From the IMG/VR virus record IMGVR_UViG_3300046507_000471: a DNA stretch of 64,000 bases; one strand, given 5' to 3'. Under the pieces are notes generated by a model. The model made no database searches and was not told the origin of the DNA. It was given only the letters and a program-made list of their open reading frames with translations. The stretch is from an uncultured virus (IMG/VR IMGVR_UViG_3300046507_000471). Lineage: Duplodnaviria; Heunggongvirae; Uroviricota; Caudoviricetes. This document shows positions 1 through 9,169 of the stretch, in pieces; the first letter of the stretch is position 1, and every line of letters starts with the position of its first letter. Both the position numbers and the translations under genes were made by a program.

Positions 1-10
1 ACCTCTTTAA

Positions 11-96
11 TGGTGAGGCTGATACGATTCGAACGTATTCACCCAGAGGGAAGTGGGTTACAGCCACTCGCAGCTCTCCAACTCTACCGCAGCCCC
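11..96 (-). tRNA. tRNA-Tyr(GTA)
   Basis: Acceptor GGGGCTG/CAGCCTC-A-CCA; anticodon arm AGTGG-CTGTAAC-CCACT; long variable arm; T-loop TTCGAAT. Confidence 0.92.
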
Positions 97-191
97 ATTA
101 GTTTTTAGGAGGATACGGTTTCCAGCCAGGATTGGCTTTGTGAAACGCATCCGATAATTCTTTGTACATCTTTTCAGCTTTTCCGTGCTCG

Positions 192-572
192 TTACTTTGC
201 AGGAGCTTGAACAGGTCGCTGTTCATTGACAGAAGTGTGTCCTTGTACTGCATTGTTTTCGCTGACATCAGGAACCTTCCTGTATTTCTTTACAACGACT
301 TCATACTGTTCCATTTCTGGGCATTCGATTTCTGCGTTTGCATACTCAAAAGGCCGTTCATCTTGATTCTCTGTAGCACCTCTACTATAACTAGTAAAGT
401 AAAATTTGTCGCCGTGCTTAAAGAGAAGATGGCTGACAATCGACCATCGAGTATTATCAACTATTTTGTCAGAAACTATTTCGATGTTCTGACCTTCGAA
501 TTCTTCAATGTCTTCCCCCAGAAGGTCTTGAAGAACACGTTTAGGAAACTTCTTTACTGGCATCTGGCACAA
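192..572 (-). CDS. hypothetical protein
   Basis: ORF in tandem - strand gene array; no motif recognised. Confidence 0.7.
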   Translation of the reverse strand: MCQMPVKKFPKRVLQDLLGEDIEEFEGQNIEIVSDKIVDNTRWSIVSHLLFKHGDKFYFTSYSRGATENQDERPFEYANAEIECPEMEQYEVVVKKYRKVPDVSENNAVQGHTSVNEQRPVQAPAK

Positions 573-936
573 GCCCTAATTCACGTTGAAGTTTAGCAAG
601 CTGTTCGAGTTTCTTTTCACGAGCAAGTGCTTCGGTTTTAACACGGTTAGCTTCTATTGCCTTTTTTCGCTCAGCCTTCTTACGTTCTGCTTCCTCTTGT
701 TTCTTTTGAATCTCTACCAAGATAGATGCTACTGTCTCTTTGATGAAAGCGTCTTGGTTGATCGGAATTTCAATGAGATTAAATCCCTTCTTCCACTGGT
801 AATCATGAAGGAGTTGAAATTCTTCTTGAGTTACAATGGACCAATCAGTGATACGTTCAATGATTTTTCGATAACTTTCATCACGATCATCCCAACGTTC
901 ATCTGTGAAAATAATGGCGATTTTATGGTCAGCCAT
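541..936 (-). CDS. hypothetical protein with C-terminal coiled coil
   Basis: GAGGTG RBS upstream; K/E-rich helical C-terminus. Confidence 0.75.
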   Translation of the reverse strand: MADHKIAIIFTDERWDDRDESYRKIIERITDWSIVTQEEFQLLHDYQWKKGFNLIEIPINQDAFIKETVASILVEIQKKQEEAERKKAERKKAIEANRVKTEALAREKKLEQLAKLQRELGLVPDASKEVS

Positions 937-954
937 GATGACACCTCATTTGTT

Positions 955-1039
955 AAGAAGCTACAGGATTTGAACCTGTGGACCCTTTCGAGTCTACTGG
1001 TTAGCAACCAGCTGCAATCGACCACTCTGCCAAGCTTCT
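955..1039 (-). tRNA. tRNA-Ser(GCT), no encoded CCA
   Basis: Acceptor AGAAGCT/AGCTTCT followed by TAACA; anticodon arm GCTGG-TTGCTAA-CCAGT; long variable arm. Confidence 0.88.
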
Positions 1040-1049
1040 ATTCTGTTAA

Positions 1050-1125
1050 TGGAGTCGTATACGAGAATTGAACTCGTCTCTCCGGCGTGAAAGGCCAGTG
1101 TTCTGAACCGATAAACTAATACGAC
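1050..1125 (-). tRNA. tRNA-Glu(TTC)
   Basis: Acceptor GTCGTAT/ATACGAC-T-CCA; anticodon loop CTTTCAC; 76 nt. Confidence 0.92.
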
Positions 1126-1136
1126 GTTGTTGTTAC

Positions 1137-1228
1137 TGGAGGAAAATATCCGATTTGAACGGATGGACCTTTTAAGGGGCCTTCACTTTTCAAGAGTGAT
1201 GCAATAAGCCGGACTCTGCCAATCTTCC
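1137..1228 (-). tRNA. tRNA-Ser(TGA)
   Basis: Anticodon arm TCACT-CTTGAAA-AGTGA; long variable arm; CCA end. Confidence 0.9.
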
Positions 1229-1237
1229 GTTGTTACA

Positions 1238-1315
1238 TGGTAAGGGTGATTGGATTTGAACCAATGATCCTGCGGTCAAAGCGCAGTGCCTTAGGCCGGA
1301 CTAGGCGACACCCCA
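1238..1315 (-). tRNA. tRNA-Gln(TTG)
   Basis: Anticodon arm CTGCG-CTTTGAC-CGCAG; CCA end; U1:U72 mismatch. Confidence 0.9.
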
Positions 1316-1316
1316 A

Positions 1317-1523
1317 CTAAATCTGTACTTTACCCGGAAGTGGAAGCCCTGCAAAACTCGTTGCGAAGGTTTCTCCTGTTTCAGGGTTAACTTCTACCCC
1401 TACACTGATCTCATATCCAGCATACCTAAATCTATGTAAGGCTTCGCCTATAAGACCGAGATCCATTCCAGTGTAATAGTTATCTTCTTTACTACTGTGA
1501 AAGTATAACGTTGTTTGAATCAT
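1317..1523 (-). CDS. hypothetical protein (start moved to the ATG at 1523; the longer ORF overlaps tRNAs)
   Basis: MIQTTLYF... fills the gap between tRNA-Leu and tRNA-Gln. Confidence 0.65.
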   Translation of the reverse strand: MIQTTLYFHSSKEDNYYTGMDLGLIGEALHRFRYAGYEISVGVEVNPETGETFATSFAGLPLPGKVQI

Positions 1524-1537
1524 TGTACTTCTTTGTT

Positions 1538-1622
1538 TGGTAGGGCTGAACGGACTTGAACCGTTACGCCTTTCGGCACTGGCTTCTAAGACCAGCGTGT
1601 CTGCCAATTCCACCACAGCCCC
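1538..1622 (-). tRNA. tRNA-Leu(TAG)
   Basis: Anticodon loop CTTAGAA; variable arm GCC-GAAA-GGC; CCA end. Confidence 0.92.
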
Positions 1623-1630
1623 ATTATTCT

Positions 1631-1706
1631 TGGTGGAGGATACCGGGGTCAAACCGGTCACCTCCGCAGTGCAAGTGCGGCGCTCTATCAAATGAGCTAA
1701 TCCCCC
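1631..1706 (-). tRNA. tRNA-Ala(TGC)
   Basis: G3:U70 identity pair; anticodon arm CCGCA-CTTGCAC-TGCGG; CCA end; atypical T-loop TTTGACC. Confidence 0.9.
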
Positions 1707-1714
1707 AAATTTTA

Positions 1715-1793
1715 TGGCTCCACGTTAGGGTATCGAACCCTACTAGTCATTGATTAACAGTCAAGCCCGTGCACCATGCTCGGGTTCCGTGGA
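1715..1793 (-). tRNA. tRNA-Asn(GTT)
   Basis: Anticodon loop CTGTTAA; T-arm TAGGG-TTCGATA-CCCTA; G73-CCA; unusual D-arm. Confidence 0.82.
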
Positions 1794-1809
1794 ACTGTCA
1801 GTAAAGATA

Positions 1810-1859
1810 ATTTTAATACAGAACTTTCAATTGCGTCAACACTTTTATTAATTTATAAT
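1810..1859. promoter_or_regulatory. divergent sigma70-like promoters with overlapping -35 boxes
   Basis: - strand TTGACG(1839-1834)-N18-TAAAAT(1815-1810) toward the tRNA cluster; + strand TTGCGT(1831-1836)-N17-TATAAT(1854-1859) toward the HNH gene. Confidence 0.7.
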
Positions 1860-1885
1860 AGTATTAACAATGGAAGTTAATCTTT

Positions 1886-2263
1886 ATGAGTAAATGTGCA
1901 TGGCATTTATGCCTGAAAGAAGCTAAGCAAAAGTTCTGTAGTCCAGGATGTAAAAACAAATATCACGTCGATAGAACTCGTCGTAGATTAAAGCTTAGGG
2001 CAATAGAATACAAAGGTGGTAAATGCCAAAACTGCAACTATAACAAATGCGTAGCAGCTTTAGAATTTCACCACGTAGACCCGACTGAAAAAGATTTTGG
2101 ATTAGCACAATCCGGAATTACAAAGTCCTGGGAGAAAATGAAAATAGAACTAGACAAGTGTATTTTGGTCTGTGCTAATTGTCACCGAGAAATTCACTTT
2201 GAGTTGGACAAAATCGATAAAGATCCTATCGACAGAACTCAGGACGATGCAGTGCCTGCATAA
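1886..2263 (+). CDS. HNH endonuclease (homing-type)
   Basis: CxxC pairs; LEFHHVDP...CILVCANCHREIH. Confidence 0.85.
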   Translation: MSKCAWHLCLKEAKQKFCSPGCKNKYHVDRTRRRLKLRAIEYKGGKCQNCNYNKCVAALEFHHVDPTEKDFGLAQSGITKSWEKMKIELDKCILVCANCHREIHFELDKIDKDPIDRTQDDAVPA

Positions 2264-2483
2264 TCAGCTCAATATCTTTTGGGTCAGCATCGAGATTGAA
2301 CCCTTCACTACGTCCGTACAGGAAAAGCTTACCCTTATCATCGGCACCGATATAACCAGCGCCAGTTACTTTGCCTCCGCTGGTCCCACTCCTAAAAAAT
2401 AGAAACGCGTCTCGGTGATACAATGCAGCGGGAAAGATAAGTGCATGCTTATCATTTACAATAATGTATTTCATACCTTGCAT
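2226..2483 (-). CDS. hypothetical protein
   Basis: ORF in - strand array. Confidence 0.65.
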   Translation of the reverse strand: MQGMKYIIVNDKHALIFPAALYHRDAFLFFRSGTSGGKVTGAGYIGADDKGKLFLYGRSEGFNLDADPKDIELIMQALHRPEFCR

Positions 2484-2532
2484 TTTAATACCCCGTAGCG
2501 GATTTGATTATTGTGGTATGTACTGATTAGTT

Positions 2533-2778
2533 TTAGTGATACGTCGGCTTCACAGCCATACGCTCTTCTACCGGCATCGCTTCGATTTGCTTGCAGAGTT
2601 CTTCGTAAGCTTCAGGGTCTTCTTGTTCAAGCTCTGCAAGATCAAGAGGCTCACCTCCTTCAAAGAACGTACCGTCAGCGACTGAGGCTTCGATTTCTGC
2701 CATGATTTTTTGTGCTTCTTCTTCACCGACTTCCTCGATAAGAGATGCAACGGCGTGGGGTGCAAACACTACTTTCAT
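2533..2778 (-). CDS. acidic hypothetical protein
   Basis: ATGA overlap with the upstream small ORF. Confidence 0.7.
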   Translation of the reverse strand: MKVVFAPHAVASLIEEVGEEEAQKIMAEIEASVADGTFFEGGEPLDLAELEQEDPEAYEELCKQIEAMPVEERMAVKPTYH

Positions 2779-2924
2779 TTTTCGTCCCGTCCAAAAAAAT
2801 TAGGATCGCCATCATCCTTGAAAGCGTCCTCTGGTACATCATCGGCTTTGAATAGCTGAAAATCGCCGTCGTCTTTTAGCGACTTCCAACTCTCGTTTTC
2901 GTAAACGTCTTTAAACAGATTCAT
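2775..2924 (-). CDS. small acidic protein (49 aa, not in ORF track)
   Basis: MNLFKDVYENESWKSLKDDGDFQLFKADDVPEDAFKDDGDPNFFGRDEK; overlaps both neighbours. Confidence 0.6.
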   Translation of the reverse strand: MNLFKDVYENESWKSLKDDGDFQLFKADDVPEDAFKDDGDPNFFGRDEK

Positions 2925-3318
2925 ATTTCTTTAGCACTTCTTTGCTGAGATTATATTGCTCAGCAATACCGGTAAGGCCATCGAGCCATGCGTAAGGCCC
3001 ACTATCGTCATGAAGCGCTTGAAGATCATTAAGAAGAGGATTTACGTCATTTACATTTTCAAACAACTCCTGAACTTTAGGATACGATGAAAGAACATGG
3101 CTTGAAGTTTTATTCTCCATTTGCGGATCGTAAAGCTCGTCCGGAATCAGACATCCCACCGCACACATTCTTCCTTTTTCACCACGATACGCGCATCCTG
3201 AAGTAAACTCCTTAGGAAAATCCAGATCGTCTCCGCCAATCACTTTTTTGCTCTTTGCATTCTGCGTCAAGAGATGATCTGCAACTTTGTCAAAAGTCTG
3301 TTGAATCGTCAAAGCCAT
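2911..3318 (-). CDS. conserved phage hypothetical protein
   Basis: CAYRG..GRMCAVGCLI...LQALHD pattern typical of a widespread phage family. Confidence 0.75.
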   Translation of the reverse strand: MALTIQQTFDKVADHLLTQNAKSKKVIGGDDLDFPKEFTSGCAYRGEKGRMCAVGCLIPDELYDPQMENKTSSHVLSSYPKVQELFENVNDVNPLLNDLQALHDDSGPYAWLDGLTGIAEQYNLSKEVLKKYESV

Positions 3319-3334
3319 GATGACTCCAAATTGT

Positions 3335-3418
3335 TGGTCCGACTGACCAGACTCGAACTGGTATGCCCAAGGGCGGGAGGGTTTAAGTCTCCTGTGTATG
3401 CCATTTCACCACAGTCGG
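3335..3418 (-). tRNA. tRNA-Leu(TAA)
   Basis: Acceptor CCGACTG/CAGTCGG-A-CCA; anticodon loop CTTAAAC; variable arm GCCC-TT-GGGC. Confidence 0.88.
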
Positions 3419-3477
3419 AAAATCTAAAAGTTAAGAAGACAAAAAGAGCAAGGAGAAAACTTTTTCTCCGTACTTCT

Positions 3478-3487
3478 CTTATACCAA
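3478..3487 (-). promoter_or_regulatory. TTGGTATAAG promoter motif (first copy; others start at 9478, 13340, 21056, 23836, 30218, 33076, 36866, 38266, 39781, 43425, 48883, 49421, 49497, 60100)
   Basis: Recurrent - strand 10-mer at gene boundaries with extended -10 shape TG-n-TATAAG; T then purine 6-7 nt downstream. Confidence 0.85.
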
Positions 3488-3499
3488 ATAACTCTTCAT

Positions 3500-3904
3500 T
3501 TAGGAACGGACAAATCCTATTCCATGACAAGCATCTACAAAAATGAACGGTTGTTTAATTCTCGTATAAAGCTGATCGAGCCAAGCATCAACTTCTTCAT
3601 TCTCAAATGACAACCTCAGCAGTGCGTCATACCGTTCTCTACTAATTGCTGCAACATCACTTGATGCTGTGAACTTAGTCTTCAAATACTCGAAGTCAAG
3701 TTCAGCAAGAGTTTTTGGCTTCTCAGGTTTAACAGGCGCTGAATTGGCTTCTGTATTCCAGCTATCGAAAACTACCTTACCATCTTTGTCAGTAATAATA
3801 ACCTGACCTGGCCTTCCCTCTTCCCCTAGAAAAACCTCTGTAGGATGCTTCTTAAAAATCGAGGATAAACGGGAGCCCAGCCAAGCAAATAGCGTCAGCT
3901 TCAT
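3500..3904 (-). CDS. hypothetical protein
   Basis: ORF in - strand array; start uncertain. Confidence 0.6.
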   Translation of the reverse strand: MKLTLFAWLGSRLSSIFKKHPTEVFLGEEGRPGQVIITDKDGKVVFDSWNTEANSAPVKPEKPKTLAELDFEYLKTKFTASSDVAAISRERYDALLRLSFENEEVDAWLDQLYTRIKQPFIFVDACHGIGFVRS

Positions 3905-4406
3905 GATCTGTTTTAATCTCCTTTACGTTAGCAACGGCTTTCGCAGCTGCGATACTAAACTTCTTATCCAGCTTATCGCTGGGGTTTTGGAAACCTTGCT
4001 TCTTAAACAAAGCTTTTACGATGTTCATCTTCCAGTCAATGGCTCTGAATAAACGCACTTCATGACTTGTGTAATAATCAGTTCCTAGAATTAAGGCGCC
4101 GATCATCATTGTAATCGTTTCGCTTTCCGTAGTCACAACATTGTTGTACGGAACATATCGCTCAATACAAACTTTGACATTACTACGTGGCCCCGTAAGA
4201 GCAAGAGGAACGTTCTCATCAATGATCTTTGAGATATGATTGACCGTCCCAACGATACCCATAGCCGACGGATTGATAGCAGAGGAATACACTAGATCAA
4301 TCGGCTCACCTTCTGATTCCCGTTTAACAATGGCAAAACCCAGATTTTTCCAACCTGGGTCGATGCCAATCCCAAACTGATGACTTGCAACTACTTCGCT
4401 AATCAT
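3852..4406 (-). CDS. RuvC-like Holliday junction resolvase
   Basis: GIGIDPGWKNLGFA, central IE, C-terminal DHEADAICLA. Confidence 0.8.
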   Translation of the reverse strand: MISEVVASHQFGIGIDPGWKNLGFAIVKRESEGEPIDLVYSSAINPSAMGIVGTVNHISKIIDENVPLALTGPRSNVKVCIERYVPYNNVVTTESETITMMIGALILGTDYYTSHEVRLFRAIDWKMNIVKALFKKQGFQNPSDKLDKKFSIAAAKAVANVKEIKTDHEADAICLAGLPFILDF

Positions 4407-4657
4407 GCAAGTACAATCCGAGTTTCTTGATTTGCAGGTTCGTTATTCATTGCGAACTCAAGGAAGTTACCGACAGCGTTAGGACCATACAGCGTACTCA
4501 TTACTTCAATAGCGATGTATTGATACAGATCATTTGCCGTCTTAATATCTCCCCGCATCGTAGCTGAAGCTGCTTGTAAGGCATATTCCTTTACCTCTGA
4601 CCAATCTGGATTTTCAAGTTGCTCAGGAAGTGTAAATTCTGCTTTGTTAATGTTCAT
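4403..4657 (-). CDS. hypothetical protein
   Basis: 4-bp overlaps with nrdB and the resolvase gene. Confidence 0.7.
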   Translation of the reverse strand: MNINKAEFTLPEQLENPDWSEVKEYALQAASATMRGDIKTANDLYQYIAIEVMSTLYGPNAVGNFLEFAMNNEPANQETRIVLA

Positions 4658-5763
4658 AGTTCAATATCATCGAATGTTGTTTCATCAAGAGTATTAACGA
4701 TACCCTTAACGTAGGAAGTCTTTTCAGTCTCTTGCGGTGCAGGCTGCATGTCACCTTCATTCAACCACTTGCTCATCCAAGGCAGTGGACGAGTCTTTGG
4801 TGCAGAGTAAGGGTATTCCATATGAACAGCACGCATACGCTTTGCAGCTGTGAAGTCCAATTCTGCATTAAGCATCGGTTCATTGAGGCCAATCAACGTA
4901 CCTTCTTTGAACAGGAATTTGTTAAAGCTCTTTTCTTCAGCTACTACTTCCATAAAGATATGCGTGGCTTCTTCCAAGCACTCTTGCCGGATCACGAAGA
5001 ACTCTTCATCGTCCTCAGGCATCGTCCGAAGCAATGCAGTCGTGAAGGCGACATGCATTAGTTCATCATTTGCAATTAACTTAATGAGACTGGAGTTACC
5101 AATCATCCGACCGCTTTGACCGAACGAGAAGCTACATGCAAAGGATACAAAGAATCGAATGCCCTCAAGTGCATTGATAGATTGAATTGCCAGCCAGAGT
5201 TTCTTCTTAAGCTGATGAAGCGTCGTCATATTCAAACGATACTTCGCAGTTTCTGTCAGTAGATCATCATAGTATTTGCTGATACTTTCACCAGCCTTAA
5301 TAATGAGATCAATGTCCTTAATACTTTCCGTTACTTCAGTAGGATCATTGTACACGTTCTTAAGAATATGTTCATAAGTCATGTTATGAACTTCTTCGAA
5401 ATACGTGATGATATTGATACACCGTTTAATCATCGGATCCGAAGCCAGCGGCAGTAGTGCTTCTGCCAGTCCAAGACTTTGAATCGTATCCAACATCATC
5501 TGACGTTTCAGATTCGACGTAAAGATGAACTGTTCATTGCTACTAAGTACATCATAGAAGTCAATCTTATCTCTTGTTAGAATAACTTCAGTACGTTCCC
5601 ACTTTGCTTCATCCATCGCCTGTGCTTGTTTCTCAAAGATCTTGTATTTGACAATATCTGATCGAGAAATATCAACAGTACCGGACTCGTCTAGAAACAA
5701 CTTGGTATCAAGCGGTGACTTGTCGCGGATTTTAAATACGTGTAATGGTGATTCTTGTGTCAT
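4654..5763 (-). CDS. nrdB: ribonucleotide reductase class Ia beta subunit
   Basis: LDTIQS, FEEVHNMTY (radical Tyr), LEGIRFFVSFACS, IANDELMH. Confidence 0.95.
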   Translation of the reverse strand: MTQESPLHVFKIRDKSPLDTKLFLDESGTVDISRSDIVKYKIFEKQAQAMDEAKWERTEVILTRDKIDFYDVLSSNEQFIFTSNLKRQMMLDTIQSLGLAEALLPLASDPMIKRCINIITYFEEVHNMTYEHILKNVYNDPTEVTESIKDIDLIIKAGESISKYYDDLLTETAKYRLNMTTLHQLKKKLWLAIQSINALEGIRFFVSFACSFSFGQSGRMIGNSSLIKLIANDELMHVAFTTALLRTMPEDDEEFFVIRQECLEEATHIFMEVVAEEKSFNKFLFKEGTLIGLNEPMLNAELDFTAAKRMRAVHMEYPYSAPKTRPLPWMSKWLNEGDMQPAPQETEKTSYVKGIVNTLDETTFDDIEL

Positions 5764-6026
5764 TCGCCAATCTTATATTCGTTAATAAGCCTAAGCATAA
5801 ATTCATTTTCTGCTTCCAGTCTTGCACTTTGAGTAAGCATAGTTATGAATTCATGAGATAGACTGTCATATTTGTCGCAAATTTTTAGATACTCTACAGC
5901 CAAATCTTGAGCATCTGCCTCAGTGTACTTTTGTTTAAGAAGAATGAATTTGTTAGCCAACGCATAATTTCGTCTAACTCTAGTGTACGCTAAAGCTCTG
6001 TTTGCTATTTCCCAAATTATACTCAT
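5760..6026 (-). CDS. hypothetical protein
   Basis: ORF coupled to nrdB. Confidence 0.6.
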   Translation of the reverse strand: MSIIWEIANRALAYTRVRRNYALANKFILLKQKYTEADAQDLAVEYLKICDKYDSLSHEFITMLTQSARLEAENEFMLRLINEYKIGE

Positions 6027-6030
6027 GATG

Positions 6031-6052
6031 AAAAAGCCGGGTTTCCCCGGCC
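6031..6052 (-). terminator. intrinsic terminator
   Basis: GCCGGG-GAAA-CCCGGC followed by TTTTT. Confidence 0.7.
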
Positions 6053-6056
6053 TCTC

Positions 6057-6275
6057 TTAATCTGTATCTTCTGTGTCTCTGTATGTCACTCTAACTTCTT
6101 GAGTGCCAAACAGGTCATAAAACGCTTGGATGTACCCAAAGGCTTTATGATGACCCTTATCGTGATAATTATCTCCGAACTCCCGGAGAATTTCCCCATC
6201 CATTTCGATGGTTACTCTTACGTAATCACCGCCACAGTCTTTGTGGTAATGCGTAACTACTTCAAGATTATACAT
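6057..6275 (-). CDS. hypothetical protein
   Basis: GAGGTAG RBS just after the nrdA stop. Confidence 0.65.
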   Translation of the reverse strand: MYNLEVVTHYHKDCGGDYVRVTIEMDGEILREFGDNYHDKGHHKAFGYIQAFYDLFGTQEVRVTYRDTEDTD

Positions 6276-6283
6276 TCTCTACC

Positions 6284-8545
6284 TCAAATATGGCAAGCGC
6301 CACCTTCACAACCACCACCAGATGTATCCTCTACGAAGCCGAGAATTTCCGCCTCTCCAGGCTTCTTTGTATTTTGGTAATAATGGTTTTTATTACCCAA
6401 GGAATAACTGTACATAATGTCCTGACCAAGAGTTGCCGAATCAAGCTTTTCATCTTTAAAAAACTTCGGATTGTACGACATGTTTACAGAAATGGCTTGA
6501 TCCACATACTTTTGTAGAACAGCGATTACTTCCAAATATCCACGGGGACTTCTTTGATCCCATAGCCAATCATAACTGTGCATCAGGTCATCAATCTCCG
6601 GAACTGCAATCGGAGGTGCTGCGTCTTTCGATGACTTAACAATAATCGGACCCATTGCTGGCTCAACGCCATTGGTCTCGTTAGACAGCTGACTTGAAGT
6701 CTCAGAGGGCATCAGAGCCATCACTGTGCTGTTACGAATACCATGTTTCTGAATCATTGCACGAAGCCAAGCCCAATCAAGACGTTCGACGTGAGGCAGG
6801 ATTTTATCCAGACCAGCAGTACGAGTCATGTTTGGAGTCCAGCCATCTGCATACTTTGTTTCTTTCCAAAGCGGGCAAGGACCTTTCTCAATAGCCAGTT
6901 CCATCGATGCCTTAAGCAGATAGAACGACCATGCTTCAGCAAACTCATCAACCAGTTGTAGAGACATGCGGCTGTACGGCATTCCCTTCTTAGCCAAGAA
7001 GTGAGCGAAGCCGATGATACCGATGCCAATAGGCCTACGGGCCATTGTAGACAGCCTTGCTGCCTCTACTGGGTAGTCTTGATAGTCCAGTACTGAATCA
7101 GCCAGACGAACCGCTATACGGCACGGAATTTCAAAGTCTGACGGCTTGTTAATCTTGCCCCAGTTCACAGCACCGAGTGTACAGATACTGATCTCTGAAG
7201 GAAATCCTGCATTGATATCTTCAAACGGAGTCGTTGGAAGAGTAATCTCAACGCAAAGATTCGTCATATAAATGGGAACCTTGAACGATGACTTGTCATT
7301 GACGTGGTCAACGTTACTGATATAGATACGGCCAGTGTTACTACGCTGTGTTACTAAATCGTTAAAAAGCTTCTGTGCCGATACTGTACGACGCCGAATA
7401 CTCTTGTCTGCTTCGTACTTTCCATACAGATACTCGAATGCAACTTGGTCTGCAAAGAATGCATCGTATAGCCCGGGTGTTTCATGTGGACTAAACAGAG
7501 ACAGTTCTTTGTTTTCTTTGATTCGTTTATAAATGAACTTATTAAACTGAACACAATAGTCTGCTTGACGATTGGTTTGTTCTGCAGGAAGAGTTGAGTC
7601 TTTCAACAGAATCAGTTCTGGAGATTCATAATGCCAAATCGGGAAGTTAAACGTTACTGCACCATCACGCATCCCGCCTTGTGAACAACTCTTTGTTGTT
7701 GCGGTTGCCTGTTTGATGAAAGGAATTAGTCCGGTGTGTACTGCTTCCCCGCCTTTGATTGGGCATCCAAGGCCTCGATTTCGACCTACGTTTACACCAA
7801 GTCCAGCTTTATTTGATACATACCTTTGAATTGCATGGTTCGAAGCACTGATGCTATCGATTGTGTCACCCATGTCGATAAGGACACAGGACGAGAATTG
7901 TTTGAGAATTGTACGAACGCCTGACATAATAGGGCTCGGTTCACTGATGTCAAACAGGCTCAGTGCATCGTACGCTTCTTTAATAAGTTCCAGACGATTT
8001 GGCTCATTGCGGAACAATACAGCTGGAACCAAAATAAACGGGATCTGGAAACTTTCGTAAATCTGTTTTGTTACTCGATTTTTACTAAGATACTTGACGC
8101 GCATTTGCTCTGCGCCAGCCAGACGGAATAACTCGTCACGACTATGATCAACCATCTTGTTAATTGCAACCCATTCCTCTTCGCTGTACATTGCCGGAAT
8201 GTCTGGATCGTAACGACCAATGTCTACGTTGCGCTTAACGATATCGAACAGCGCAGGTACTTTGTATGAGCCATATGCTTCTTTACGTACGATAAAGGAG
8301 ATGATTCTACCGCCAACCTTATCGTAATGTGAACTTCCTGCTGTCATCAGGCTCTTACACGCTGAGACAATAAACTCGTTAATTTCACGAGTAGTCATTT
8401 TGTCATGAAAGTATCTGGAGATTTCCATTTCCAGTTCTGAAGGAGAAACACCTTCGATACCGTCACAACCGTATGCACATACCTTGTGAATCTTATTCAG
8501 TTCTAATTGCTCTTTGTTACCACTTTTCTTTGTTACAAACTTCAT
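6284..8545 (-). CDS. nrdA: ribonucleotide reductase class Ia alpha subunit (start probably MKFVTKK at 8545)
   Basis: ATP-cone VTKKSG; QFSSCVL; SQGGMRDGA; TNLCVEI; MPSETSSQ; C-terminal CEGGACHI. An ATGGTATAAT box at 8583-8592 argues for the second Met. Confidence 0.95.
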   Translation of the reverse strand: MKFVTKKSGNKEQLELNKIHKVCAYGCDGIEGVSPSELEMEISRYFHDKMTTREINEFIVSACKSLMTAGSSHYDKVGGRIISFIVRKEAYGSYKVPALFDIVKRNVDIGRYDPDIPAMYSEEEWVAINKMVDHSRDELFRLAGAEQMRVKYLSKNRVTKQIYESFQIPFILVPAVLFRNEPNRLELIKEAYDALSLFDISEPSPIMSGVRTILKQFSSCVLIDMGDTIDSISASNHAIQRYVSNKAGLGVNVGRNRGLGCPIKGGEAVHTGLIPFIKQATATTKSCSQGGMRDGAVTFNFPIWHYESPELILLKDSTLPAEQTNRQADYCVQFNKFIYKRIKENKELSLFSPHETPGLYDAFFADQVAFEYLYGKYEADKSIRRRTVSAQKLFNDLVTQRSNTGRIYISNVDHVNDKSSFKVPIYMTNLCVEITLPTTPFEDINAGFPSEISICTLGAVNWGKINKPSDFEIPCRIAVRLADSVLDYQDYPVEAARLSTMARRPIGIGIIGFAHFLAKKGMPYSRMSLQLVDEFAEAWSFYLLKASMELAIEKGPCPLWKETKYADGWTPNMTRTAGLDKILPHVERLDWAWLRAMIQKHGIRNSTVMALMPSETSSQLSNETNGVEPAMGPIIVKSSKDAAPPIAVPEIDDLMHSYDWLWDQRSPRGYLEVIAVLQKYVDQAISVNMSYNPKFFKDEKLDSATLGQDIMYSYSLGNKNHYYQNTKKPGEAEILGFVEDTSGGGCEGGACHI

Positions 8546-8800
8546 CTGCGTTAATTCACTGTCTTGGTTTTCGATAATCATTATTATACCATTGCTTCAC
8601 TGAGAGGGTCATGGACTCATTCCATGACACGAATTCTTGGAGGGAATTCTTAGTATAACCGTTTCTCAGAATACTGCAGCAATGGCTTCGTCAGTATTTT
8701 TAGTACTGACATAATACCCATACTACGTAATACTTTTCTCTTTCTGCGACTAAAAAAAGAAGGTGCGATTTACTGCTCCGCACCCCCTCTCTTCCGTACT

Positions 8801-9151
8801 TTACTGAACTGCTTTGATGAGTTCGTTTGACAAACGCTCGGCCAAAGCTCGATCCTGTGCTTCGGTCGGATCGTCTTGGTTCAACGGCTCACCGGTCGTA
8901 ATATACAGCCAACGACCTTTCTTCAAAGCGCCGATTTGTGCAGAGTCCGTAATTTCCGGACAAACCTCCCACCCTTCTTCAGTGCGAGGATGAAAGCGAC
9001 AATCAGTGTCTGCATTGTCTGGACATGCACAATAACGTGTCCGGATAGCTACCGGGTAAACGATAGCGTCACCTTCCGCGTTTGCGGCATTGAGTCGGTC
9101 ACGAAGACTGAACTCAAATGCCTGAATTTCTTCTACGTTTCTTCCTGACAC
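8801..9151 (-). CDS. hypothetical Cys/His-containing protein
   Basis: AAGGAG RBS, GTG start, terminator-like hairpin at ~8752-8786. Confidence 0.7.
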   Translation of the reverse strand: MSGRNVEEIQAFEFSLRDRLNAANAEGDAIVYPVAIRTRYCACPDNADTDCRFHPRTEEGWEVCPEITDSAQIGALKKGRWLYITTGEPLNQDDPTEAQDRALAERLSNELIKAVQ

Positions 9152-9169
9152 TTATTTCTCCTTATTCAC

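Noticed and set aside
98..253. Hairpin at ~110-152 as an ncRNA
   Set aside because: It lies within a plausible 51-aa - strand ORF (98..253) and has no independent support.
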